This document shows, piece by piece, positions 1 through 10,510 of a stretch of DNA of 64,000 nucleotides. The stretch's first letter is position 1, and each line of letters begins with the position of its first letter. Made by a program: the position numbers and the translations under genes. Under the pieces are notes generated by a model. That model made no database searches. It saw nothing but the letters and a program-made list of their open reading frames with translations, and was not told where the DNA came from. The DNA comes from Hydrolagus affinis (lineage: Eukaryota): contig JAAILG010001350.1 in assembly GCA_012026655.1 (NCBI GenBank), forward strand, positions 1 through 64,000. The letters run 5' to 3'.

Positions 1-59
1 GATTCAGTGACTGAAAGTAAGAATCTGGAGCAGATTTGCTACCTGTGATTATATAAGAA

Positions 60-252
60 TTATTACAACCCTTGCATTTGGTATAGTGTCTAATTAACAT
101 CTGATCTAAAGAATGGCACCTCCAACAATACAACACACCCCCCACCCAGAACCGCATTGGAGCGTCCACCCAATGAGAGTTCAAAATCCCAACGTGGGCC
201 TTGAACCTACAGCCTTCTGACTTGTAGGTGAGAGTCCTGGCAACTGAGCCAC
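60..252 (-). mobile_element. Older DeuSINE/SacSINE-like SINE 5' part
   Basis: Reverse complement reads GTGGCTCAGTTG...AGTCAGAAGGCTGTAGGTTCAAG...GTTGGAGGTGCCATTCTTT; family assignment from memory. Confidence 0.55.
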
Positions 253-559
253 CTGACAATTAGATTACACGTTGAGGAAACTTTCGAAGACGTCTCAAAG
301 CACATCCAAGGATGGTGTGAAGGGAGGGGTAGGAGGAAGATGATCGAGAGCGCAATGAAGCAACGGTTTAATAGGCTGGTTTGCAAACAGAAAGACAGGG
401 CGCGTGAGCAAAATGTAGAAGTAGTTTCGAAAGAATAGAGACACAGTGCCCGTGTAAACAAAGCAAATGCAGATTGCTGCACTATGTTGTGAAATCAGGA
501 GAGTTTAAAACCCTAGACGTCAAACAGTGGACTGTTGCATAATATTTCAAGTCAGGTCA

Positions 560-985
560 TGGCGACATAGGGGGGTTGACCAGACCTTAGATACACAAGC
601 ATCGGTTAGTCAAGCAAGGGCACTTCAGCTTTTGATAGGAGACTGAGAAGAGACTTGACGGAGGTCTATAAAAACTTTTAAAGGGGATATTGGTCATTGT
701 TAAAGAAAGAGGAAAACCAGAGCGACACCACAAGACAGGAGATCAAGAGGACATAGGATTTCAAGTTGTAAAGCCAAACTTCAGCACAGATACTGTACCT
801 TCACTCGGGAAGCTTTTTTCTCGACTCGGAGAGCAATCAATGATTGTAAAAGGTTACCATGGAAACCTGGTAGAGGCCAGGATAGCAAGATTTTTTGGTT
901 AAAATAACAGCTTGATGCTCTGATGGAGGGCAGGAGGGTGGGTGTTCTGAAGGGATGAGCCAAAGGGTCTCTTTTATCCAAAAAC
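560..985 (+). mobile_element. Degenerate CR1-type LINE 3' fragment
   Basis: GAGACTGAGAAGAGACTTGACGGAGGTCTATAAAA (LRGDLIEVYK-like), AGAGGACATAG (RGH-like), CTGGTAGAGGC (VVEA-like); recognised from memory of CR1 3' ends. Confidence 0.55.
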
Positions 986-1182
986 CAATCTTGTGACAGA
1001 GTGAAAGTTCAATTGTAATATGGAGGAGGGGGGTGGGGGTGGGGTGAACGACATGTAGTTTATTTATTTTAGAACTACACTGTTATCATATCCTTCTCTC
1101 AGTCCCTGAGCAGAGATTTATTTCAACAGGTAACTCTGACATTAATTGGATAACCAGCTCGACAGGCAATGAATGTTCTTAC

Positions 1183-1258
1183 CTTGAATATTGTTCACAT
1201 TCTCCACAGCAACTGATCCCAGCCGACATTTCCGGAGTTTCTGTCTCACCAATTGGAC
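1183..1258 (-). CDS. HELZ2: HELZ2 coding exon 7 (VQLVRQKLR...VENVNNIQG); gene continues beyond the left edge
   Basis: gtccag acceptor, AAG|GTAAGA donor; 76 nt; SF1 motif V-like V..V...QG. Confidence 0.85.
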
Positions 1259-1540
1259 CTGGACATGCAAATTTTTTTTTGTAAATAAAGAACAATAGAA
1301 TTCTGGCTTGCCACATGTCGCAGTCTTATCTGTTTTGGAACGCTGAAGTGAATTCGCATCCGAGTAGAATGTGGGAGAGTTGTCGAAATAGAAAAAAGCA
1401 GTCCGTTGAATCATAGTGTGAGTTAACATTGTTTCCATAGCATCATTGGGACTCGATTTGAATTGAATCCAGATTCACACGAGATGAATATCACAGAACA
1501 GAACTCAACACAAACCCCTGAAAACAAATCGCCTGGAACA

Positions 1541-1894
1541 TAGTGTCCGGCGATATATCGATATATCGGTTATATCGGTATAACTTTTCATATCGATATG
1601 CCGATATTGGAAATTCAAATATATCGAAAAATTCGATATGTAAAAAACAATTGGTATATCGCAAATATCAGTATATCATGTTCGGCGATATATCGGATAT
1701 ATCGGTTATATCGGTATAATGCGGACTTCTTCAACTTACCTTGTCAATATCCGAATGCGTGCGCACACCGGAATGCGCACGCACCTCCAAATGCGCGCAC
1801 ATGCGCAGGACAAAAAAAAACGCGATATCGATATATTTCGATATGGGCAAACCGATATATCGATATCAGAAAATGTCCATATCGACGGACCCGA
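1541..1894. mobile_element. Non-autonomous DNA transposon (MITE, hAT-like) rich in CGATAT repeats
   Basis: Imperfect terminal inverted repeats (tagtgtccggcgatat vs reverse complement tcgggtccgtcgatat, 13/16); imperfect 8-bp flanking direct repeat ctggaaca/gcggaaca; many ATATCG/CGATAT units. Confidence 0.7.
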
Positions 1895-1934
1895 GCGGAA
1901 CATTAGGATTAAGGAATATTTGCCACATAATTAC

Positions 1935-2721
1935 CTGGGTCCCCTCAGACAGTACACACACTGTTGTATGATCCAGCGCTCCCCACTCCGCAGGCCAATC
2001 GTTGAGGACAGCCTGCACTTGTTCAACGACTTGAAGCGTTTCCATGTCGTTGTACCAGGACATTTTAGAAGGGTGAAAAGAGCAGAGGCCGTGAACATGG
2101 CAGAACATCAGCGGGTAGAAGGTAGGGTGCCTGGGAACTTTCCCGCTCGCCAGAATGGCGTCGGCCTTCCCCACGTAAAAATGCTTCGACACAAAGTCGA
2201 TGATCTCCTTGACCGACCTGTAGTTCTCCCTGAAGATGATGCGGCTTTTGGTGGCCCTCTCGTGCTTCTCCTTCTGGTAGTATTGGAACAGGCGGTTCAA
2301 CAGGGTGTGGTCGGCCAGCCGGCCGCTCTCCACGGAAAAGAGCTTGGGCGTGGCCTGCATGTGATCCCCCGCCAGCACAATGCGTGTGCCGGCGTCCGCC
2401 AGGGCCAAGGGGATCAGGGCGTCGCATTCCAACATCTGAGCCGCTTCGTCGATCAGGATGTGCGTGAAAAACCCCAGAGGCAACTTCAGCTCCAGGAAGA
2501 GCTTCGCCTCCATGCAGGTTGTGATGACTATCCGGTACGAGTCCAGGAGACTTCTGTCGGGGTAGTAGAACGCGTTGTTGGAGATCAGGCAGTACTGTTT
2601 GGTGTTGGGGTCGGTGTGCTTGGGGTCCTGCTTGGCATATTTGATCCTCAGAGGTCTATCCCCAGGGTGTCCCGCGCACACGTGGCGATCGAAATAATCC
2701 TTCACGTACAGGTCGGCTGCA
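1935..2721 (-). CDS. HELZ2: HELZ2 coding exon 6: helicase motifs II-IV (DEAAQ, LAGDHMQ, ENYRS)
   Basis: tttacag acceptor gives SAADLYVKDYF; CAG|GTAATT donor; 787 nt, phase 2 to 0. Confidence 0.93.
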
Positions 2722-3109
2722 CTGTAAATATAACATAAGGTAAGACATCAATGAATCGATCCAAATTACTTTCACGTCGGGAAGACGTGCCAAGGTGCTG
2801 AACAGTCAGGTAGGGACCGGAGCAGGGGCGAGGGGGGCGGGTGGGGGAGTGGTCGGGGTAGGGGGAAGCAGAATAAGAAAATTGACTGTATATTTGTGGG
2901 CGAAACGCGGCAGCCAAACTGCACACAACAGTGGAAGTGGGGTTAGGGGAGAAAGAGGGTAAGGCGAGGGGCTGGGGTAGGGGGAAGGAGAGCAGGAAAG
3001 CCGACTGTATATTTGTGGGCGAAATTCAATTCGCCCATTTCGCCCCATAAAGACATTTCAGGGAGACTTAAAATTCTGTGCTGGCAGTGGAGTATATGTT
3101 TGTGTTTCA

Positions 3110-3308
3110 ATAATAAATAAATTGGACAATAATAAATCGCTCGTCTCAATCCACGACTGTTTGTGGGGACGCTGCTGTGCGCAATTGGCTGCCGCAATTC
3201 GTCCACCTATATACAATCAATTCACTTTACAGTAATATTCTGTGAAGCCCTTTGAGACATCCAGAAGACGTGGAAAGCGCTGTACCAAATGCAAAGATTA
3301 TTGCTATT
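3110..3308 (+). mobile_element. SINE 3' part
   Basis: Family body and tail. Confidence 0.8.
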
Positions 3309-3543
3309 ACATTTAATACTGTTTTCAATACTTTGCATAATTTAAATAGGCATTTGACGATATAAAGCAAGCACTAGCTGTTAATCTGACATGATCCCCG
3401 CTTAATTTTATTTACTGTTGTCAAATATCGCCTCCTAAGGTTACGATCATCCCAGCAGTAATGCTTGTGAAGCACTTTCAGATGATCAACAACATGATAA
3501 TGCGAGAATTATTATTCAATGATGCATTAACACATTTGCTCAC

Positions 3544-4176
3544 CTGTTTGTGTCTGTACATAGCAACACTCTGGTGCCCGGTTTCTTCAATATTTCCACT
3601 ACCGCTGTTGCCAAGGTGAAGGTTTTACCGGTTCCGAACGGACCGTAGATGAGGAGGGGCGCAGCAGGTTTGTCCCCATAGGTTTGTCCAGCGATGTAGC
3701 TCATGGCAGCCCGTTGCTTTTGGTTACCGATCGGAATGAATCCAGTGTAACGAGGAACGGAACAGGCGACAACATCTGGAAAAACAATCTTCTCGGTCGG
3801 CAGCAGGTCCACCGCCTGGTGCCTGAAGCAGAAAAGGATCCGCTGCAATTGGAACTGGATCTCGACGGCGTGACTGTTGCCCTTCTGGAAGGCGAGATCG
3901 GTGTGGCAGCGCGACGAGAGCTTCAGAGCGACGTGATTTTCCGTCGTCGCCTCGTGAATGACGTCGACTTCATAAACCACGTTGTTCGAGGAAGGGACCG
4001 GTGCTATGAGGGCGGTTTTAACTGCCCTCTTGAACAAAAAGCCTTCGTTGGTATCAGGGGTCAGAGCGATCGGTAGGGGCACTACTGCAAAGAGGTCCCC
4101 GTTTTGGGCAATCATCAGTCCGTCGAGTGTGTCGTTCAACGTCTCACTGACAGAAATAATCACCCGTTGACTGAGT
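3544..4176 (-). CDS. HELZ2: HELZ2 coding exon 5: Walker A (GPFGTGKT) of the first SF1 helicase domain
   Basis: tttgacag acceptor, CAG|GTGAGC donor; 633 nt; PLLIYGPFGTGKTFTLA and RVLLCTDTN. Confidence 0.93.
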
Positions 4177-4334
4177 CTGTCAAAAATAAATCAATACATG
4201 ATGTTCAATATAGTGACGCACTAGGACTTTCTGTGTTACTGTTCTTTATTTAATAGGCAATTTTTTTAAATATATAGCACCCCCTCTACCCTTACTCCAC
4301 ACCTCTAATAATAGTCCCTCAAAAAAAAACACAA

Positions 4335-4512
4335 TAATAAAATTGGTCATTTCAATCCACAACTGTTTGCGGGGACACTTCTGTGCTCAATTGGCTGCCG
4401 TGTTTCGCCCACAAATTCACTTTACAGTAAATTCTGTGAAGCACCTTGAGACGTCTAGAAGACATGAAAAGCTGCTATATCAAATGCAAGGATTAATAGT
4501 ATTATTATTATT
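4335..4512 (+). mobile_element. SINE 3' part
   Basis: Family body and tail. Confidence 0.8.
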
Positions 4513-4772
4513 AGCATACCCCACCCAACTCGCACTTCCCCTCCTCATTCTGTCGAATATGTTCTCAGCAACTCCTAAATAGGACTGTGAAATTAAATAT
4601 ACATATATAAATATATGTTATACATACACACACATTCAGAAGACATTGTGTAGGCCTATTTTTATTCACGACCAAAGGTAAGTTCCTCTTTGCCCGCCCA
4701 TCACATCCTACTAGAACAGGATTGGACTAGCTAAACCTTCCGATCAGCTTTCTTGTGGCATACCATACATAC

Positions 4773-5281
4773 CTTGAGAGAATATTGGTTTCTGCTTGTT
4801 CCTCTTGGAAGAGGAAGTTGTGCATTCGTTCCCTGTAATTCATGCGGGTCACGGGTATCTTGGCCACGTCTTTGACTTTGTACTCGAGCGACACTGACGG
4901 CGGCTTGTACGTTTGCAGCATCAGCTGCTCGTACTCGGACTTCTCCGTGCAAGGCACTATCCTTCGGTTGCCGCCGTGCCACCGGTCTAGACGCGCGACC
5001 TGGAATTCACTGGGGGGATGTTGAGGTGTTTGGGGAGCGTTCTCGATGCTGACGAAAATCTTCCTGACGAGCACGGGCTTTCCGCCAAAATCGAACACGA
5101 CCCACTGGTCGTAGATTCCGAAGTTTGTGGCTTTAAACGAGACGCCAACGAGATAGGAGGCTTCGGCCGTCAGGAATTGCGCGCCCTCAGCACTGGAGCA
5201 ATTCTTTAGCAAACCTTCTCCTTCCAGACAAAACGTGGCCCCAGGCTCTCTCTTCAGCAACGCCACGTACTTCAGGGGTTT
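4773..5281 (-). CDS. HELZ2: HELZ2 coding exon 4 (KPLKYVALLK...FGIYDQWVVFDFG...NYRERMHNFLFQEE)
   Basis: tgcacag acceptor, AAG|GTATGT donor; 509 nt, phase 0 to 2; motifs typical of the HELZ/MOV10 pre-helicase region. Confidence 0.9.
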
Positions 5282-6577
5282 CTGTGCAGAAAAACAGTCT
5301 CACTTCAATCTCGTGCCTATCGACAGTAAAGGCAGTTTTTTGTTGTTCGATTGGTGTGCGAACTAAGCATTGTATCTTAGAATTGAAAATGGTCATAACA
5401 ATGTAAGCCAAATCCATGCTTTGCGCAGATCCACGATTGGAGTTTTCAAACGATTCAACCCTCCACAGGTGATCGCACCTGTACGATAATCCGAAGCGAA
5501 TGGACAGAAAGCGTTACAGCTGCTGCTTAATAGGAAAATGTCATTTGGATTAAACGCTGACTTTAAATGGATGGGAAGACTGGATGGGAGGCTTCGCATC
5601 CTTTTAGCTCTTGTGTTCTCAGTTAATGTAGCTCAGACTGAGTTGACATATGTTCCCTCACTTAACCAACAACTTGTGTAGCACCCTTCACGTGGAGTAC
5701 AGTCTCAGAGCGCTTGAATACCAACTGCAATATTCCTTCCAAGTGTTCAGTGAAGTCAATCCAATAAATTTAGACATAAATAAAGCTCTATTTAACTCTG
5801 CTAGCCAAAGCCCTAGCTGGATAAGCAGGGAGAAGCACGTAAGCTAATGCTCTTAATGACAAGCTATGCCGTTTAACGTTGGTTAATCTCCCGCCATATC
5901 CCAACTGACACTCTGGAGTCCCGAAGCCTTGGCTCTCACCAACAACAGTGAGAAAGTAAGCGACATTTAAGCATACAGACTTCAGTGTCCCCCTTTCAGT
6001 GAAATGCTTTTGCAGGAAGCGTGGTCTGGCCAAGTTCCATTCAAACGTCGGTTTAAAGAAATGTGTAGCTGCAGTTTTACGCTGCAATGCCATCAAGCAG
6101 AATTACAAATATGATAACTCTACTACGGTATACCCCATTTGCTCCCAAATACTTTTGAATCACTCAGACAAGGCTGAATAAATGTAGTGTTAATGGCATA
6201 TGAATAAATAAATATCTGACAGGTGGCTGGCTGACCGAATTCTAAAGCATCGTTGCAAACCCACTGAATATGATCTTTCTACAATACTGTTATTCCACGC
6301 ACTTATCAGGGCATTCAATTATTTTTCACAGAATACTAGTGAAAGGATATAACATTAAGTGTCCTACAAAGTAAAACTTACATACTCATAGTGTGATATA
6401 AATCTGGGACTCAATGATCAAACCTGTTTGTGTCACATTCCTAGTCTTAAGAGCCATCTTAGACTGCGTCTTCTGCCACCACCCCCTCCCCTACACCTGA
6501 CCTGGTCCCTGTAAACTGTTCCACGACATGCAAGTTGTTGTTAAAAAAAAAGTTTTGTTAAATAAAGGAATGTGTAC

Positions 6578-6685
6578 CTGTGATCGTATCTGGAAGTTCC
6601 ACTTTAATTTAGATTTTCTACTGTGATGAAGGATTCTTAGTTCATTGTCGCATGAAACAGCTACTCCTTCAATCTGCTCCGAAAT
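6578..6685 (-). CDS. HELZ2: HELZ2 coding exon 3 (ISEQIEGVAVSCD...WNFQIRSQ)
   Basis: cttttcag acceptor, CAG|GTACAC donor; 108 nt, phase 0 to 0. Confidence 0.85.
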
Positions 6686-6989
6686 CTGAAAAGGAATCCA
6701 CAGTGAAAGCATCTGCAAGTGAGAATTTGTTTCTCAGAGCTGGACAGGGAAGCAGAGATTCTCGGTACAGCTCAGTGGGTAAATTAATTGATTCAAATAA
6801 CTCACGTCAGTCTCATCATCACTGGATATGGGAACAAGGGGCAATTCCTGCTCCTAATCACAATCTGGTAAGTTTTTAATGGGTAGTGCACAGAAGAATG
6901 AATATTCAATCAGGATTGAATTGTGTTCTCTCACACGGCACATGGCGATTATTCTCAATCTACCATATAATCTACAACATCGACAATGA

Positions 6990-7158
6990 TAAATGGGTCA
7001 TTTTCAGTCCACGACTGTTTGTGGGGACGCTGCTATGCACGATCGGCTATCCCATTTCGCCCACAAATGTACAGTCGATTCACAACATTTTCTGTGAAAC
7101 GCTTTGAGAGACGTGCGTAAGACGTGAAAAGCAGTATATGAGACGCACGGATTATTTA
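6990..7158 (+). mobile_element. SINE 3' part
   Basis: Family body and tail, diverged. Confidence 0.75.
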
Positions 7159-7303
7159 TCACAGCGCTGGTGTATTAACGAACCCCCTCTGTTATTCTTA
7201 ATTCTCCCACCACAAGTCCCCCACAAGTTTTTTGGGAGGAAGAAAGACAATGATAAATTCCGCGAGGGTTTAAGAAACGTCTTAGCCAACCGAAATATCT
7301 TAC

Positions 7304-7487
7304 AATCAATACTTCATTCCCGCAGTTCTTGTAGTCCTCCATCAATTTGTCCTGATAGGACACTAGACCGTGGTTCTTTGCTGCTCTCCTCCGCTTCCGG
7401 GTAACCTTGAATCGCATTATCCACTCCTCAAGTTCATCGTGAGAGTGGGCCGACACACAGTTGTCACCGAACTCGCAGATATCTCTC
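7304..7487 (-). CDS. HELZ2: HELZ2 coding exon 2 (completes a CCCH finger, RDICEFGDNCVSAHSHDELEEW)
   Basis: tttcaaag acceptor, ATT|GTAAGA donor; 184 nt, phase 2 to 0; HELZ-family zinc-finger motif. Confidence 0.9.
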
Positions 7488-8284
7488 CTTTGAAATAAAA
7501 CCATTAAAATGCTCAATCAAAAACCTCCTGTGTAAAAAACAAAAAAAAAAGCGGCAAGTCCCTCCCAACCCCACATTGTTTGGCATTGTATTTATCATTC
7601 GGGATTTTATTTATCGTTTCTCATTCTGTAGAATTTCACTGGGTTCATTTGCCTCCCGAGTCCATGTAATGCTGGAGCGAGCGCCGCAATAACAAGGTAT
7701 TTACTGAGCAGTCACTGCATATATCTATATATATATATAGATGTATATATATGTATATAACCACATATATACTTAGGGCAGCTATGGAGGTCATTGAGTA
7801 AAGCGAAGTTGCCTTTCCAACGCAGGAAGGGAAAGAGAGGCTGATCAGCCTGCAATGATCTCACCTACACCTTGATTGATTCAGCTGAGGTCTGAGAACA
7901 GACCATTTACTCATCTTAGGAAAGTCCTACAGAAAGCTGAAAGTGTTGACATGTGTGTCATCGATACTCAGATCACCACTAGTATCAGTCGTAAAAAATA
8001 TCCATCCACAAGAATCTCCTGACTCTCCAAGCTAAAGGTTGCTGGATAAATGTAAACACAGCAGTGCTCATGGGCTAAACTGATTCACACCGACTAGGTT
8101 TCTAGTCGAGTTTGGCAAACATACACACCAACACAACACACACACACTATACCAGTGTAATCCATCTAAATTGACCACACATTGTGCGCCATCTTATGCT
8201 GCAAACTTCATATATCACAAGCCCCATTACTGTGGTCCCTCACCACTCATCCTCCAAGTCACTGAATCTTGTCAAGGTATTTAC

Positions 8285-9294
8285 CTTACACACAACTCGT
8301 ATTTTTGGGCTTTAAGAGGTGGCTTTCGATGCTTCCACTCTACGGTACTGTCCTCCAAGACCATCTGAGCGTGTTCTACTGAGGCGCAATGATTTTGAAA
8401 CCCATCGCGGGATGAGAAGGTCACCAGGCAGATGCGGCAGTAGAACTGAACCCCGCTTTCGGCGACCGACTTGGCTTCCGGCTGACCGCACCGACTTTGC
8501 TGCTGGGAAAGCTCCAGCAAAACGGAACGCTTCAGAGCTTTCAACCTCTCCGCCTCCCAGACCGCCAGCTCGACGGCGCTGTGGGCAAATTTGCAGCGAT
8601 TGTGGCCGTGGCGGCACAGCAGCCCCTTGGTTACGTACTTGCAGTAATACATGTGGACCGAAGGCTTCGACGGACGAATTTCATTGCACTGTTTCATGCC
8701 ATTGCCGTCCGCGAGGATGTGCACCAACAGTGGGCTCCAGCCGTGCTTCTGTGGGCAGGCACAGCGGCCGCCCAAGCTCTGGAAGACGATCTGCTGAGGT
8801 ACGCTGTAGAAACAAACCGCGCACAGCTCCACAAACTGCCCTTCAAATTCCCCGACAATGCCTTCCTCTGCGCTCTGCTGCTGCTGCTTCGCAACGGTTT
8901 TACCGGAAGGCGTCCTCTCGCCTCCCGGGGATGTCTTGGCCACCGAGGACTTCAGGTCGTTTTGTTGCATCTTGTGGTTTCTCGCGTAGGTCCAGACGAG
9001 GGCTTCTTCTTCGCTCCAGGCGAAGGTGCAACGGTTCTTATGCTTCGTGCAGCCGAAGCCCTCCACGTAGTACCTGCACACATCGTAACGTGAGGGGTTG
9101 ACTAAATCCGGCCGTCGCCGAATCAACCTCCATTTGCCATTTCGATTCAGTAGCCTCCTGGCCACCAGTTGGTGGTGTTGGCAGCTGTGGCTCACGTCTT
9201 TGAGGATAAAGGTACTCTCGTTGGACTTCTTGGAGCACTGCGGGCAAACAAGCCGCAAGTCCACCAGCTTGCACAGTCCCTCCAGTCTCCCCAT
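8285..9294 (-). CDS. HELZ2: HELZ2 first coding exon: N-terminal CCCH-type and C2H2 zinc fingers
   Basis: ORF MGRLEGLCKLVDLRLVCPQC... with CKYVTKGLLCRHGHNRCKFAH (CCCH) and CRICLVTFSSRDGFQNHCASVEH (C2H2). ATG in strong context AGAATGG. Acceptor gtttgcag precedes 9409; donor AG|GTAAAT after 8285 (phase 2). Confidence 0.9.
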
Positions 9295-9330
9295 TCTCAG
9301 ATGGGGTGGCTCGGTGCACGACAGACTTCG

Positions 9331-9366
9331 CTAATGCTCGGTTTCCATTGGTCCGTCGCCAGCCAT
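9331..9366 (-). other. Upstream ORF (MAGDGPMETEH*) in frame with the HELZ2 main ATG
   Basis: ATG at 9366 (GCGATGG) and at 9348, TAG at 9333-9331, main ATG at 9294 (72 nt from 9366, same frame), all in the exon starting at 9409. Confidence 0.6.
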
Positions 9367-9629
9367 CGCGCCGCTGTTCCTGAGTTATAACGGAGGCGTC
9401 TCACATCTCCTGCAAACAAACAAGGAGGAACGCAGGCAGGTTCACTATTATTGTAATACTCACACGGGAGGGAATATTATTTTGTACTCGTACATTACGT
9501 ATTTCTGGAAGTATAATGGCTCTGCTTTTTGCAGTGTATATTAATGGTTTGGAGAAGTGGACAAGAAGCACATTTACTGACAACAACAGATTGGTGGGGG
9601 GGGGGGGAGGGACGGGACTGTCTAGTATT

Positions 9630-9741
9630 TCACCCGTAAATATACAGTCAATTCACTTTACAGTAAATTCTGTGAAGCGCTTTGAGACGTCTAGAAGACG
9701 TGAAAAGCGCTATATCAAAATGCAGGGATTATTATTATTAT
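9630..9741 (+). mobile_element. SINE 3' tail fragment
   Basis: CAGTCAATTCACTTTACAG...GCGCTATATCAAAATGCAGGG(ATT)n. Confidence 0.8.
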
Positions 9742-10184
9742 TCACCGTCTGTTTATAATTTTCCATCTCATTCGTATTCCCATCACTCCCCCCAACCCCT
9801 CCAACCCTCTGCCATGCCCTCCCCCTAACGCAGTGTTTACTGCCAGAAGTAAAGCTGCTTTGCTCTTAAGAGGTTGTGTCATAAGAAAGCCTCCAGGGTG
9901 ATTCATATTGTCTTGCCCTCTCATTGGACTGTGTGTACAGCATTAGCAGCAGGAAAAGCAGCTTTTCAGTACTGCAGGCTCAGTTTATCTAAATAGCACG
10001 CAATTACAAAAGGGGTTTCGATGAAGAAATCCCTTTGACTCATCCAGCCTTCCAGCATATTATGCTGTTAATATAATTTAGGGCAGGGGGGGTGTGGGTT
10101 GGACTGGGTAGCTCTTTTTTTGTTTGCCACAGTGAGGAGAATTGTTTGTACTACTCTAGGTGGCCTGATCAGAGCACCTGATGC

Positions 10185-10510
10185 GGAGCTCCTGTAGCTC
10201 AGTGGGTTAGAGCGCTCGCCTCACAAGCATGAGACCTGTGTTCGAATCCAGGCAGGTCAGGGCCAAACCTTGGGCAAGTTTCCTTACACCACACACACGC
10301 CTAATAATAATCCCTCCTGGAGAACACAATAATAAAATTGGTCACTTGACTGTTTATGGGGACGCTGCTGTGCGCAATTGGCTGCCGCGTCTCGCCCACA
10401 AACATACAGTCAATTCACTTCGTAGTATATAATGTGAAGTGCTTTGAGACATCAATAAGATGTGAAAAGCGCGATATCAAATGCAAGGATTATTAGTATT
10501 ATTATTATTA
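10185..10510 (+). mobile_element. Full-length tRNA-derived SINE (local dominant family)
   Basis: A box TAGCTCAGTGG, B box GTTCGAATCC, body ACCTTGGGCAAGTTTCCTT, GCTGTGCGCAATTGGCTGCCGCG, tail AAATGCAAGG(ATT)n; more than 20 related pieces in the window. Confidence 0.9.

Noticed and set aside
1541-1894. CRISPR-like or iteron-like repeat array
   Set aside because: Eukaryotic intron, with no constant-length repeats or unique spacers; better explained as a MITE.
1719-2738. 339-aa + strand ORF, and similar antisense ORFs at 3684-4076, 8319-9101, 8497-9093 and 20061-20459
   Set aside because: Shadows of GC3-rich HELZ2/GMEB2 exons on the opposite strand; no recognisable domain, and the first begins inside a MITE.
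10185-10260. tRNA-like sequences (also near 33510, 58410 and 27975)
   Set aside because: They are SINE heads with no complete acceptor stem and continue directly into the SINE body.
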